Source: Acidobacteriota bacterium (GTDB taxonomy: Bacteria > Acidobacteriota > UBA6911). From it: 64,000 nt of DNA. Where the stretch lies: positions 6,720,001-6,784,000 of the forward strand of contig OY761556.1 of assembly GCA_963664705.1 (NCBI GenBank), written 5' to 3'. Each line of letters begins with the position of its first letter. Position 1 is the first letter of the stretch. The position numbers and the translations under genes are program-made. Below the pieces are notes generated by a model, which worked only from the letters and a program-made list of their open reading frames with translations, did not search any database and was not told the origin of the DNA. Below are positions 1-9,982 of the stretch, piece after piece.

Positions 1-2
1 CG

Positions 3-131
3 ATCCTATGGTCCGTGACTGTTATCATGGGGTTTGTTGGTTGCGCCGTTGTGCTGATATCGTCTTTTAGGATAGCCAATCACAGATTGGCTCATAAAAT
101 CTTGTATCACAAATCCTCTGGTGGGGAATAA
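3..131 (+). CDS. 3' end of a membrane protein (partial, runs off the left edge)
   Basis: Open frame ILWSVTVIMGFVGCAVVLISSFRIANHRLAHKILYHKSSGGE* with a hydrophobic helix; stops 4 nt before the next ATG. Confidence 0.45.
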   Translation: MLWSVTVIMGFVGCAVVLISSFRIANHRLAHKILYHKSSGGE

Positions 132-135
132 CTTC

Positions 136-612
136 ATGCTCCCCCTATTCCTGCTCGCTTTGTTCATGCCCGTTGGGGATGGTCTGGGACAAACGGATTA
201 TCTTCTTAGCAGAGTAAATAAGATATTGATTCAGAAAGATGGCCTGCATGGCATAGGTAGCGGGGAACTTGGCAGGTTTCCTGTGGCTGAGTTGCTTGCG
301 CAGGAACTATCTGCGAGAGGATATATTATCGTTGGCAATGCCTCCAATGCAGATGCCATACTTAAAGGCACACATACCGCCAAGATCACTCTTGATGCCC
401 AGGATTTGCATAATCCCGACTACGATAGATATAAGTTTGAGCTTATAGCTAAGAATGGGGAAAGATTGTGGACAGCAACTATTACGATTTATGAAGGGGA
501 AGCAAGGACGCTGAAAGACATTGATAAGAAGGCCTCCGTTCTGGTTGCAGATAAGCTGAACAAGGCAATTAGGTCTGCCCTACGAAAAATGGAAAAGCAA
601 AGTGCACACTAG
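136..612 (+). CDS. hypothetical secreted protein
   Basis: ORF 121..612; ATG at 136 gives signal-peptide-like MLPLFLLALFMPVGDGLGQ. Confidence 0.65.
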   Translation: MLPLFLLALFMPVGDGLGQTDYLLSRVNKILIQKDGLHGIGSGELGRFPVAELLAQELSARGYIIVGNASNADAILKGTHTAKITLDAQDLHNPDYDRYKFELIAKNGERLWTATITIYEGEARTLKDIDKKASVLVADKLNKAIRSALRKMEKQSAH

Positions 613-1283
613 AATTCGATTTGATAAGTGAAACTGCGAGGGGTTGTTCAGGTTTAAGTGAGGCTGAAGAAGGTTGCTGAGAAATGAGATATAAATCTAG
701 ATTATGTCTCCCATTGCTAGCTTTGGTCCTCATTCCGTTTGAAAGCTCATGTCGTAAATCGAAAGTGTCCCCAAACGAAAATGAACAAGTAGCTTTGGTA
801 ACAGTAGGCGAGTTGACCAGAAACATAGCGAAGTATGCCAAGCAACTCGTTGAGGCCAAAGGAGAGATAGATGCAAATCTTATTGGCGCGAGAATTTGTG
901 ATCAAAGCGGGTGCATTCCGATTGTTCTTCCTAAACAAGACTTTGACTTAGCAAGGGACTCCAAATATTTGGAATATCAACGTCTTTGTTTGGAGCGTAG
1001 TAGTTCTGGGGATCTAGTGCTAATTGGAAAGTTGCGGGGAAGGTACACGCGGGGTGATTTTGTGCTTCACAAAGTTGTTAATATTGAAGCTTTACGGTAT
1101 AAGCCCCCTCAAAGACCCAAACCCATCCTTGGGAAAAATATCCTTTGCAAAGTACATGGAGGGAGAATGGTGCAAGACAATGTGAAAATTGTCTATGGTC
1201 TGGTCAAATTTCCCAAAGACTATTCGGAAGCTGAAACGCGCTATTTCCCTAACTGGGGTTGACCCGAAACTGTTGACACGAAG

Positions 1284-2183
1284 TTAAGCGGCTTTGGCAG
1301 ATTCCTCATAGGCTTCAGGGCTCCGATAGCCCAGAGCCGAGTGAAGCCGCTGTCGATTATAAAACACTTCGATATACTCAAAAATATCTGATTGCGCCTC
1401 CTTTCTCGTTTCGTAATTTCGATGATAAATAAGTTCTGTTTTCAGCGTGGCAAAGAAACTTTCCATAACAGCATTATCCCAGCAATTGCCTTTGCGGCTC
1501 ATGCTGCAAAGAACTCCGCTAGATTTCAATAACTTCTGGTAATCCCCGCTGGCGTATTGGCTGCCTCGATCTGAATGATGGAGCAGACCTGGTGATGGGT
1601 TACGTTTGAAAAAAGCCATGCACAGAGCTCTTTCAACCAGATGTCGACAAATCCGGCTACCCATGGCCCAGCCAACGATCCTTCTTGAGTACAGATCCAT
1701 CACCGCGGCCAGATACAACCAGCCTTCTTTTGTTGGGATGTATGTGATATCCGCCACCCAAGCTTTGTTTGGCATTTTCACCGCAAATTCCCGGTTCAAC
1801 ACATTTGGAGATATCGGGAAATTATGTTTTGAATCTGTCGTAACTCTAAATTTCCGTTTCTGTTTGCCTTGGATCCTATTCTCGCGCATTAGCCTGGCAA
1901 TACGATTCCTGCTGTGTAATTTGGACACTGCCCGCAATTGCGCATGAATTCTGGGACTTCCGTACGCGCCCCGGCTTGCCCGATGAATTGCCCGAATTGC
2001 TAGTAATAATCGGCTGTTCTCTGCATTCCTCGGGCTCTCGGGCCGCTTGAGCCAAAGGTAGAATCCGGCTCTGGATACTTCAAGCACTCGACACATCAGC
2101 GATATCGTAAATTCATGCCGATGCGCTTGAATGAAGCCATACCTCATTTGGATTCTTTGGCAAAGAACGCCGTCGCTTTTTTT
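1284..2183 (-). CDS. IS3 transposase OrfB (DDE integrase core), joined to OrfA by a -1 frameshift
   Basis: [29 protein letters not shown] and [12 protein letters not shown] motifs; A7G slippery run at 2183-2176 on the minus strand. Confidence 0.93.
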   Translation of the reverse strand, partial: KKSDGVLCQRIQMRYGFIQAHRHEFTISLMCRVLEVSRAGFYLWLKRPESPRNAENSRLLLAIRAIHRASRGAYGSPRIHAQLRAVSKLHSRNRIARLMRENRIQGKQKRKFRVTTDSKHNFPISPNVLNREFAVKMPNKAWVADITYIPTKEGWLYLAAVMDLYSRRIVGWAMGSRICRHLVERALCMAFFKRNPSPGLLHHSDRGSQYASGDYQKLLKSSGVLCSMSRKGNCWDNAVMESFFATLKTELIYHRNYETRKEAQSDIFEYIEVFYNRQRLHSALGYRSPEAYEESAKAA

Positions 2184-2437
2184 AATATATCGCGCTCCTG
2201 ACGCAGTAAGGCATTCTCGCGCCGTAGGCGACGGAGTTCTTCCTCCTCTGGTTTCAAATGCCCAGATCCCGGAAATGCTTGAGAGGTGTTTGCGAATTCC
2301 TTTTTCCAACGTGTCAGCATGTTTGCGTTTATTCCCAAATCTCTGCTGGCCTGTGCAATGGTGATATTTGACTCGGTGAGCATACGAACTGCTTCGATTT
2401 TGAATTCCTTCGTGTACTTCCTTCGCTGTTTTTCCAT
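2144..2437 (-). CDS. IS3 transposase OrfA (HTH)
   Basis: [16 protein letters not shown]...A.DLGI...L.RWKK and [12 protein letters not shown], typical of IS3 OrfA. Confidence 0.93.
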   Translation of the reverse strand: MEKQRRKYTKEFKIEAVRMLTESNITIAQASRDLGINANMLTRWKKEFANTSQAFPGSGHLKPEEEELRRLRRENALLRQERDILKKATAFFAKESK

Positions 2438-2686
2438 GACACACCCTCTGGTGGACTAGAATGTTCCACCCTTTTCAGTGTGTCAACGGAATCGGGTCAT
2501 GGTTAAACTCTCATAAGGTCGTTTTTGCTGGATGTGTGGTCGGTCCTGAGGAATGGGAAACGGTCTTGTATTGCCCCAAATGTCGAGCAGCGGAAAGCGA
2601 ATGGCTGAGAAAACACTGAAGTCCGAACTAATGGCAGATGTTAAATCAAGACTGAAGCAGGAGGGGTTGTTAAGGTTTGAGCGGGG

Positions 2687-3199
2687 CTATTTATCCTCCG
2701 GCCAAGCGGTCGCATCCCAACACATACCGTCAATGAGTGAATCAAAATATCGGGCAGCTTCTTCCGATGCATTAGTGTAAGTGATGGTCTCACCCAAAAA
2801 ACCTACAAACCTCCACCTGTTTCCATTTTCATGGATTCCATGGTAGTCAACCCCATATGGTTTTAGTTCTTTTTTCTTAACACTAATTGAGCCTTCCAAG
2901 AGCCTTTTTGCGGGGATTCCCAAAGACCATAACGGTCCACTCCCCATGGTCAGCCATTCACGATTCTGCTCTGACCCGTAGGCGATATTAATCCTTACAC
3001 AATCATCATCAGGTTGCGTCAACACGATGGCATTTTCTGGAGGTAATACCTTCATCTTCCATCCGACCCGTTTGGAGGAATCAGAGGACGAGCAGTGTGG
3101 GTGAGTCCCTTTGTCCTCCGCTGGAAAGCAAGCGGATAATTGCAAAAGCATCACCCCAAGCACAAGTAGATGCGAAATGCAGATTGAACGAACCCTCAT
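2687..3199 (-). CDS. hypothetical exported protein, possible lipoprotein
   Basis: ORF 2687..3223; ATG at 3199 gives a hydrophobic stretch ending LSAC. Confidence 0.6.
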   Translation of the reverse strand: MRVRSICISHLLVLGVMLLQLSACFPAEDKGTHPHCSSSDSSKRVGWKMKVLPPENAIVLTQPDDDCVRINIAYGSEQNREWLTMGSGPLWSLGIPAKRLLEGSISVKKKELKPYGVDYHGIHENGNRWRFVGFLGETITYTNASEEAARYFDSLIDGMCWDATAWPEDK

Positions 3200-3209
3200 T
3201 ATTCGGACC

Positions 3210-3929
3210 TCACGGAACCACAAGTTCCAAAATGCCCGTCGTCACGATTGGTTTTCCATTCTTAAGAACAGGTTGAAACACCCATTCGTGTATTGCAGCC
3301 AAAGCAGCTTTATCTGGGTCACCCCGATCATCAAAGGGTAAAGCGCAAAGTACTTCACCCCGTAATCCAACAGCTAGGTATATGGTCACAGGATAGCCCG
3401 ATTTTGCACTGGAAGGCCACTTGGGGGAGGGCTTCACCAATGCCCGTCTTTCGAGTTCATCCGATTCAAGTCTCACAAGTAAACCGTTAACATCCCGCAA
3501 TACACTGATACCAGATATGCAGGGCAACTCCACCTTGCCCTTGTTGTGGAAGATTCCCCAGGGTTCGCAGATCTCGTTTGGCTCAGAACAACTGACGAGT
3601 CCCAGCTTAATGTATCCGAGATCCCGGTCGACTCCTGTCGATATCGTAACATCAACGGATTGAGCCATAAGCTTAGGGGCTTTGACCTCAAGGAGGTAAC
3701 TTCCCGCTGGAAGGTTTTCAATCGAGAACTGTCCCGTTTCGGAAGTCATGCCTGAGTAACTGCATTTGGAATCCTCTTTGGAATAAAGCTCAACAATGGC
3801 TTTCAAAGGCTGTGCAGTGGTCCTGTCGATCACTTTCCCATGCAAACAGCCGTAATCTTCTCCGTTGGCAAATGGCAGGATGCAGAAGATTGCAACATAC
3901 GCAAGCAGATGGGGGAGGGGTTTGGGCAT
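3210..3929 (-). CDS. carboxypeptidase-regulatory-like domain plus TonB C-terminal domain protein
   Basis: Signal peptide; GKVID..T.QPL and TSETGQFSIENLPAGSYLLEV beta-sandwich motifs; C-terminal AALAAIHEWVFQPVLKNGKPI TonB-like motif. Confidence 0.75.
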   Translation of the reverse strand: MPKPLPHLLAYVAIFCILPFANGEDYGCLHGKVIDRTTAQPLKAIVELYSKEDSKCSYSGMTSETGQFSIENLPAGSYLLEVKAPKLMAQSVDVTISTGVDRDLGYIKLGLVSCSEPNEICEPWGIFHNKGKVELPCISGISVLRDVNGLLVRLESDELERRALVKPSPKWPSSAKSGYPVTIYLAVGLRGEVLCALPFDDRGDPDKAALAAIHEWVFQPVLKNGKPIVTTGILELVVP

Positions 3930-3948
3930 GATTTTTTAAAATTCTTAT

Positions 3949-4128
3949 TTATTTTATAATGCCATCGTTCTGTTTTGACTTTGTCAGGTTATTTCTTGCC
4001 GCCCCAATAAAGAAAAACAAGACCCCGCAAGCAATGAATACAGCCCTAGCTTTAGGCATCACAATGGCGAGAATGAGAGAAGCAAAAGTCAATGCAAACG
4101 GAAGTAGCCTCACAATATTGGGTCGCAT
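3949..4128 (-). CDS. small membrane protein (59 aa, below ORF-track cutoff)
   Basis: MRPNIVRLLPFALTFASLILAIVMPKARAVFIACGVLFFFIGAARNNLTKSKQNDGIIK*; GAGGA RBS upstream. Confidence 0.5.
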   Translation of the reverse strand: MRPNIVRLLPFALTFASLILAIVMPKARAVFIACGVLFFFIGAARNNLTKSKQNDGIIK

Positions 4129-4164
4129 CAGTAGATCCTCTTACTGGATTCGGAGATCACGGAG

Positions 4165-4263
4165 CTATTTATTACGCTTGTCGTTCTGAATATGCTGTTG
4201 CCTCAAGTATGGCACTACTACAAACAAAACCACTAAAACAATGATGACGATGTATTTGGTCAT
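4165..4263 (-). CDS. small single-helix membrane peptide (32 aa)
   Basis: MTKYIVIIVLVVLFVVVPYLRQQHIQNDKRNK*; GGAG RBS upstream. Confidence 0.4.
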   Translation of the reverse strand: MTKYIVIIVLVVLFVVVPYLRQQHIQNDKRNK

Positions 4264-4729
4264 GGCACTCCGTTAGCTTCACCTGTGACAAAGATACTTA
4301 CTATCTTACCCCACTCCCATGCACGGGCATTTTAAAAAATCTTTTCCTGTCAGTGCTGGAGCCTTGCACAAGCATCCGAAGGGGTGGGGGGAGAATCCCC
4401 CGGCGGGGCTTGGAAAAAGAATGCTTACGGCAAAGCAAACGGAAAAGGCAATCAGACCTAGCTTAGAACCTCGTAGGACGGCTCAGGAGGGGCAATCATA
4501 AAGGGGTTGAGAATCAGTGCCAAGCAGGGAAGGAACGCAGATTCCGTGTGGGTACAGTGTGGGTAATTGGACGGAAGATAGCGGAAGTTGTGGAATTGTT
4601 GGAACACATGGAGAGTGCAGGGAAGGCAGTTCGGCTCGACCTTCTCGCAAATAAACTGCAAAAGGGCGGTCGAATACAGGGTACAAGTTTCAGCTTTGGT
4701 TGTTATCGCACTTGGGAGTATGAATCATG

Positions 4730-5209
4730 CTATTCCAATCGCCTAAACCGGTATTTCACGGCCATGTCGCCATAGCCCATTTTCCCATCTGCTGAAGGCT
4801 TTATGCCTTCCATCCCCGGCATTTTCATTTTGTCGTATTGAGGTTCCAGAATAAGAATATTGTCCCCCTCCATGGTGCATTTGAACGTCATCGATCCCAG
4901 AACGGGGAATGCGGATGCCATATGATGAACAACCAGCTCCTTGCCATCGAACTCGTATGTCCCGGCGTCCGCTGCTTTGGAGTTGGAGGAACTTGATTTT
5001 TCCGCTAAATCCCGGATCGCGCTGTAATGTTTCTCTGTGATGAAAATCATAAATGCTTTTGGAACGATTGTTTTCCTGTTTTCAATCGTTCCAGTGTCCA
5101 TCGTCTCGATGGACCACACGCCTCGAATCTTTTTCGCATCAACAGGGGCTGCATAACATAGCGCTAGAGACAACAGGGTTACAACGAGATAGAAAGAAAC
5201 ATATTTCAT
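4730..5209 (-). CDS. secreted lipocalin-like protein
   Basis: Signal peptide; IRGVWSI and AGTYEFDGKELV motifs. Confidence 0.65.
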   Translation of the reverse strand: MKYVSFYLVVTLLSLALCYAAPVDAKKIRGVWSIETMDTGTIENRKTIVPKAFMIFITEKHYSAIRDLAEKSSSSNSKAADAGTYEFDGKELVVHHMASAFPVLGSMTFKCTMEGDNILILEPQYDKMKMPGMEGIKPSADGKMGYGDMAVKYRFRRLE

Positions 5210-5401
5210 AAACGCCTCATCTAGTTGGTGGAGGTCAGACCAGTCCCAAATTCAAGAAACTGGCATTAGATCCAATGGAGCCAATTCCCATTGCCAGGAT
5301 GACGACGGCAAAGACACCAGAGAAGTGCCTTCGTTTCTCAATTCGCGGCTTTAGCCAAAATTTGTCCTCTGATTTTGACTTTCACAGCTTTGTGACAATT
5401 G

Positions 5402-6268
5402 CTATTTTGAATCCAAGCCCCAGCCTTTGAATAGATCCTTGTAAAATTGCGGCTGCTCGAAATCCGGAAGCATGGACATATATTGATCGCGGAAGGAATA
5501 GGGTCGGCCACCGCTTTTCAGGTTTTTCATCAATCCCGATAATTTCTCTTTTGGCACTGCAAAAATCACTTCCTCCTCAGACGTCAAAGCTCTCTGGTAT
5601 TCCCCTGGATCCGGAAGCACAAGGGAGTAATTCCCGGTCTTCATGGGATCCACAACGCAGTGTGCGCACGATGGAAGCAAGAGATAGCTGCTGATCGGAG
5701 GCGCGCCGCCGAGCATCATCGGGGTAAGCAATCCTCGCAGTTGCGCGGGATTCAAATAGATAAGGATAACGTCAGGCGCAAAAGAGGCTTTTTTCAAAGG
5801 AGCGGTAAGCGCGCCGACATATTTCCCGACCTCGAAACTCTGATAGGATTCTCCCAACTTTGCCATGGAAGCCGGTGTAGGCACCATTCCATAAGCCATG
5901 AGCGCAGTCGGGCACCAATGATCCTCCTTCAACATCGCTACAGTTTTTCCTTCTCGCCGTGACATGCCAAAAGCTTGGCATTGAGCGATGTGACACTTCC
6001 CATCTTTTTTCGGGCGGAAGGCGTCTTTCGGGATATCGGCTTCCTTTTCCAGCATCTTAACTGCCACAGGGGATGTCCTCAAAAGCAGCGATGATTCCAG
6101 GTCTTCTCCATATCTATGAAATTCACTTAAAACATCTGCCGGATCTGCACCGGCGGGAACCGGCTGATTTGCGGTTTGTGTGGCTGCCATCGCGGTGCCC
6201 GATGCCGTCATGGTCACGGCTCCCAGCCCAATTTCCAGCGCTTCTCGTCTAGTGTATTTATTGTTCAT
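5402..6268 (-). CDS. DUF169 family protein with Tat-like signal peptide
   Basis: TRREAL twin-arginine leader; SPVAVKML, CQAFGMSRREG, DHWC and PDPGE motifs; paralogue of 9983..10765. Confidence 0.8.
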   Translation of the reverse strand: MNNKYTRREALEIGLGAVTMTASGTAMAATQTANQPVPAGADPADVLSEFHRYGEDLESSLLLRTSPVAVKMLEKEADIPKDAFRPKKDGKCHIAQCQAFGMSRREGKTVAMLKEDHWCPTALMAYGMVPTPASMAKLGESYQSFEVGKYVGALTAPLKKASFAPDVILIYLNPAQLRGLLTPMMLGGAPPISSYLLLPSCAHCVVDPMKTGNYSLVLPDPGEYQRALTSEEEVIFAVPKEKLSGLMKNLKSGGRPYSFRDQYMSMLPDFEQPQFYKDLFKGWGLDSK

Positions 6269-6367
6269 ATATGTCTCTCCTGATCAACGAAAACGCCATA
6301 GATGCACTTTGTCGTTATCGCTTGACCGATGAAGCGGCCCATGATTGCGTGAGCCATTCAATTAACT

Positions 6368-7651
6368 TCAAAATGTTTCGGTCCCGAAATAGTATCTTGC
6401 AAGCTCGAGGAGGCGAAGGATTGGTCCGCCAACGACAATTTGGCCGATTTTTAAATCCCTGAGAAGCTTTTCAATCTGTCCTTCTCTTGAATAGCCATAA
6501 GAACCCATGAGCTCGAGTGAACGGCTCACGGTATCCCAGCCAAGTTCTCCGACGACATTCTGAACGGCACTGGCTAATGCTACGCATTTCTCTTCCCAGG
6601 GGAAACCGTATACATCGGGATGGTCCATTCTTGCAGCCGCCTCATAGAAAAATCCTTCAGCCGCAAGGATGTTCTGAGCGATGCGTCCCAACTCATGTGC
6701 AATCGCTCCGTGCTCCTTCATAGGCCTGCCTGCAATCTCGCGATTGTTCACGTAATCTCGCACTAGCTCGTAAGCTCGCTTCATAATGCCAAGCGGGAAT
6801 GCGGCGGACGTAAGGCGGCCTATGGTGATGTTTGCCAAAACCGATTTCAAATCGTCTTCAGGATCCTGCTGAGCTCGGTTTTCCTTCGGGACCCTGACGT
6901 TTTCAAACCAAATGTCGCCGTTCGTATCGATCGCTGCGCCCATTTTTCGGTACGGTTTGCCCGTAGATACCCCGGGCGCATCGGCTGGAACGAAAATCTG
7001 TGCGATGTTTTTCGGGAACTCTTCGCCTTCTACCGAACAGAGCACTCGAAACCACTTCGCTTCCCTGAAACCGGATGGCCATAGCTTATGCCCATTGATT
7101 ACCCATTCGTTTCCTTCCAGGCGAGCGCGCGTCCGGATCTGACTCCCTTTCAATTTCACATCTTCAACCGATCCTCCTGCATGCGGCTCGGTAATGGCGC
7201 TTGCGATGATGAATACTTCATTCCCGAGCAACATGGGTCCGAACTTATTGAGAAGGGATTCATTTAGCTTGGGAAGGGATAAGGCTGCAATGGACCATGG
7301 GCTGATGAAGCCTGTACTGGCAAGGCCATAGTCGCCTCGCGCAACTTCCTGGATCATCGCACCCATTTCGACGGTCGACTGGCCCCCCGATCCCCCGAAT
7401 TCCCCCGGCAGGAAGAGTTTCTGCAGGCCTAGATCGATAAGCAGTTTCTTCCATAAATCATGAACGAAAGTGTGTTCCTTTCTTTCAGTCCAATCCCAAT
7501 AATCATCCAGTTCCTCAACATGAGGCAAGACTTCATTGTCTACAAACTTCCTCAGGGTTTTACAAAACAGATGTACTTCTGCCGATATCAGATGAGTGGG
7601 TTTTATGAAGTCATCGATGCTTCTGATCTGCGATTGTGTCGGCGTTTTCAT
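6368..7651 (-). CDS. acyl-CoA dehydrogenase family protein
   Basis: AITEPHAGG, WVINGHKLW, IWFENVRVPKEN and MGSYGYSREGQIEKLLRDLK motifs. Confidence 0.92.
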   Translation of the reverse strand: MKTPTQSQIRSIDDFIKPTHLISAEVHLFCKTLRKFVDNEVLPHVEELDDYWDWTERKEHTFVHDLWKKLLIDLGLQKLFLPGEFGGSGGQSTVEMGAMIQEVARGDYGLASTGFISPWSIAALSLPKLNESLLNKFGPMLLGNEVFIIASAITEPHAGGSVEDVKLKGSQIRTRARLEGNEWVINGHKLWPSGFREAKWFRVLCSVEGEEFPKNIAQIFVPADAPGVSTGKPYRKMGAAIDTNGDIWFENVRVPKENRAQQDPEDDLKSVLANITIGRLTSAAFPLGIMKRAYELVRDYVNNREIAGRPMKEHGAIAHELGRIAQNILAAEGFFYEAAARMDHPDVYGFPWEEKCVALASAVQNVVGELGWDTVSRSLELMGSYGYSREGQIEKLLRDLKIGQIVVGGPILRLLELARYYFGTETF

Positions 7652-7701
7652 GCAGGGACTCCTTTAGTATTGCCCGATGCTTGCTGGAAATGGGCGAAGC
7701 C

Positions 7702-8814
7702 TTATGGCACAGTCACTTGTTTTGCTGGAACCGCACGGATTACATTGATTGTCGCAACCGATTTGACCCATCGCTCCGCAATGGTGTCATTTCCGACTAT
7801 GAGCTTGAAATTGCCTTGTTCTTTAAGGGGCTGACCATTGCAGCGATCGGCAACCAAAATCGGCGGTGGCTGTCCCGCAGAGAAGAGCTCGGCGCTCGAT
7901 ATGGAAGCGCGGAATCCATCAGCTGCTGAAACAACATATCCGACATCAGGCCCAGATGCTGCTTTGGATTCAGCGAGTATGTCTGTGAGCAGAGCGCCCT
8001 CGCACTTAACCTCGCCGTGATACCCCATGGCATCGCTGACCTCGAGGGCGCGTACCTCATGGCGTGGATAAGAGCTCAGGTTCCGTATCGTTGCTATACT
8101 GGCCGCGCCTTCGCGGATTTCAATTTCTCCGGATACGGCCGGCTGCGATTTTGATTTTGGCTGAGATGCCGGCGAATACAGCTCTGCTACTTCTATGCTT
8201 GTTACTCCTTCAAGACTTCGGTCCGCATCGAAATCGCGCGCAGCAATAAGCCGGGGAAAGGCTTGCTTCCGGTTGAGCACAGATCGCCATTGGTGGTCAC
8301 CTCTGTCCTTATGGCACGAATCGCAGCCTCTCTTTGGTATCACCGGTTCAGCATCGAAAGCCAAAACCACATCGCCGGGTGCGCGGAAAAGCAGTTCTCC
8401 ATAGGAAAACAGAACTCGTTTGCCCGAATCATTTTGAACAATAATTGCCAGGTCGGTTGGGCGCATGAAACTACTGGACTCTTTCCTTGGACCTGCCATT
8501 GAAATCAGAGTTACCAGCGGAACGCCGCGGAATTCAAAATCACCGAAGAAACCCTCGGCACGGTGATCGACACGACGGACTGAAACGGAGCCAAATGTCC
8601 TGAGATCGCGAACTCCCAGGCGCAACGACTGACGAACAAGTCCGGAGATACTAACTAGTCCCTGCGATTTGGCATCAGCGTTGTTTTGCTTACTGTTTGG
8701 AGCCCCCCCAGTGGGGGCTTGTGCACTATTGCCCGAAATTAGTCCACCCGCAATTACCAAAACCATAAGTCCCAAGATGACCAGGTACGTCGTTCTCTGT
8801 CGAGCTGAGATCAT
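7702..8814 (-). CDS. membrane-anchored protein with duplicated molybdopterin-oxidoreductase-like domains and one CxxCH
   Basis: N-terminal TM helix; FRGVPLVTL...FSYGEL and EGALLTDIL...AADGFRASISSAEL...RWVKSV repeats; GCDSCH. Confidence 0.6.
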   Translation of the reverse strand: MISARQRTTYLVILGLMVLVIAGGLISGNSAQAPTGGAPNSKQNNADAKSQGLVSISGLVRQSLRLGVRDLRTFGSVSVRRVDHRAEGFFGDFEFRGVPLVTLISMAGPRKESSSFMRPTDLAIIVQNDSGKRVLFSYGELLFRAPGDVVLAFDAEPVIPKRGCDSCHKDRGDHQWRSVLNRKQAFPRLIAARDFDADRSLEGVTSIEVAELYSPASQPKSKSQPAVSGEIEIREGAASIATIRNLSSYPRHEVRALEVSDAMGYHGEVKCEGALLTDILAESKAASGPDVGYVVSAADGFRASISSAELFSAGQPPPILVADRCNGQPLKEQGNFKLIVGNDTIAERWVKSVATINVIRAVPAKQVTVP

Positions 8815-8892
8815 TATTTGTCCTCCCTGCCAATGCTTTTCATAATCACCCGGCGCATGCTTTCGCAGCTTCTCGTTTAATTTGCCATTCCT

Positions 8893-9705
8893 TTATGAAC
8901 AGTTGCTGCAAAGAAATATCTGAGGTTCCTTTCTCCCCGCAGTAATTCCGTGCAGCCACTCAATTATTTTTGCGATGTTCGGGTCTTTGAGTTCCCTGGC
9001 TCTTTGAGGGCAGATCTTCACACAGGCGCAGCACAAGATGCAGGTCTCAACATGAGTGCTCGATACCTCATTAACGCTTACTGAACCTGTCGGGCATGCG
9101 CCGGCACAAGCTCCACAGGCCGCGCAGCGATTGTTGTCCGTAGCAGGCGAGGCTTGCGGAAGCTCAGCATGCGCTCGGAATGGTTTGTTACCCGGTAACT
9201 TCAGAGTCCCGACATACCCGATGTCTTGGGTTTCTTCTAACAATTTGCGGACCGACTTGCCAAATTCGTGGGCGCGGTCAATGTCCGAGGCATCAGGACG
9301 TCCTTTGGCTAGAGGCGTTCCTTCGCTGGAAAACGAATGCTCCCCGATGAATGCGCTTCCGGCAATCGGCACGAAGCCGGCCGCTGTAGCAAAATCATTT
9401 AGTTCCAGCAGTGCATCCTCGAATTCTCTGTTGCCGTAGAGGACGACAAGGACGGCAGGATTTCCCCCAGATTTCAGGCCTTGAAATCGGTGAGCAGCAA
9501 TTTCCGGTATACGTCCGGCATAGACAGGTGCCCCAATCACAAGCAATTCATTGTTATTCAATTCCGGATAAGCGCGATCATTATTGGGAAGCGTCAAATC
9601 GATATGCCTGACGTCAGTGGAGATTTCCACCGCGATACTTTCGAGTATGGTCTTGGTCGTTTTGGTGGGCGAAAAGTAGACGAGCCTGACTGTTTTGATT
9701 TTCAC
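8893..9705 (-). CDS. flavodoxin-ferredoxin fusion (EFR1-like ferredoxin)
   Basis: YFSPTKTT, GAPVYAGRIP and YGNREFEDALLEL motifs; two CxxCxxCxxxCP [4Fe-4S] motifs. Confidence 0.9.
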   Translation of the reverse strand: MKIKTVRLVYFSPTKTTKTILESIAVEISTDVRHIDLTLPNNDRAYPELNNNELLVIGAPVYAGRIPEIAAHRFQGLKSGGNPAVLVVLYGNREFEDALLELNDFATAAGFVPIAGSAFIGEHSFSSEGTPLAKGRPDASDIDRAHEFGKSVRKLLEETQDIGYVGTLKLPGNKPFRAHAELPQASPATDNNRCAACGACAGACPTGSVSVNEVSSTHVETCILCCACVKICPQRARELKDPNIAKIIEWLHGITAGRKEPQIFLCSNCS

Positions 9706-9982
9706 CGGGTCCTCTCTATTTGTTTCTGCGTTATCCCAAAGCCCTGTAGTAACTGCAAGCCTTCATTGCACGCCTATTGTCTCTTTATTTCAAGAATATG
9801 TTCACAATAGTTATCTCCGGCGGGGATCGATTTTCCGATCCGATATATCAAATTGGGATTCAGTTCCTCAACAATTTGCCGGCGAATATGGATTACAGAT
9901 TGCGTGGTAGTATGGATCAGGCAAATTGCAACAGATGAGCCGCGTTGTAGTCCGTCAACCGATCCAGATAAAGGGAGGATTA

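Larger units (their letters stand above)
1254..2505 (-). mobile_element. IS3-family insertion sequence (about 1.25 kb)
   Basis: Inverted repeats TGACCCGAAACTGTTGACAC (1260-1279) and GTGTCAACGGAATCGGGTCA (2480-2499); 3-bp AAC duplication at 1251-1253 and 2506-2508; orfA/orfB transposase. Confidence 0.93.
684..2619 (+). pseudogene. Cys-rich exported/lipoprotein gene interrupted by an IS3 element
   Basis: Removing 1254-2505 plus one AAC copy fuses ...RYFPN to SHKVVFAGCVVGPEEWETVLYCPKCRAAESEWLRKH* (TGA 2617-2619) in frame. Confidence 0.85.

Noticed and set aside
2184-2444. N-terminal extension of the 386-aa ORF 1284..2444 as a single transposase
   Set aside because: It overlaps OrfA in another frame; the A7G slippery site explains OrfAB fusion.
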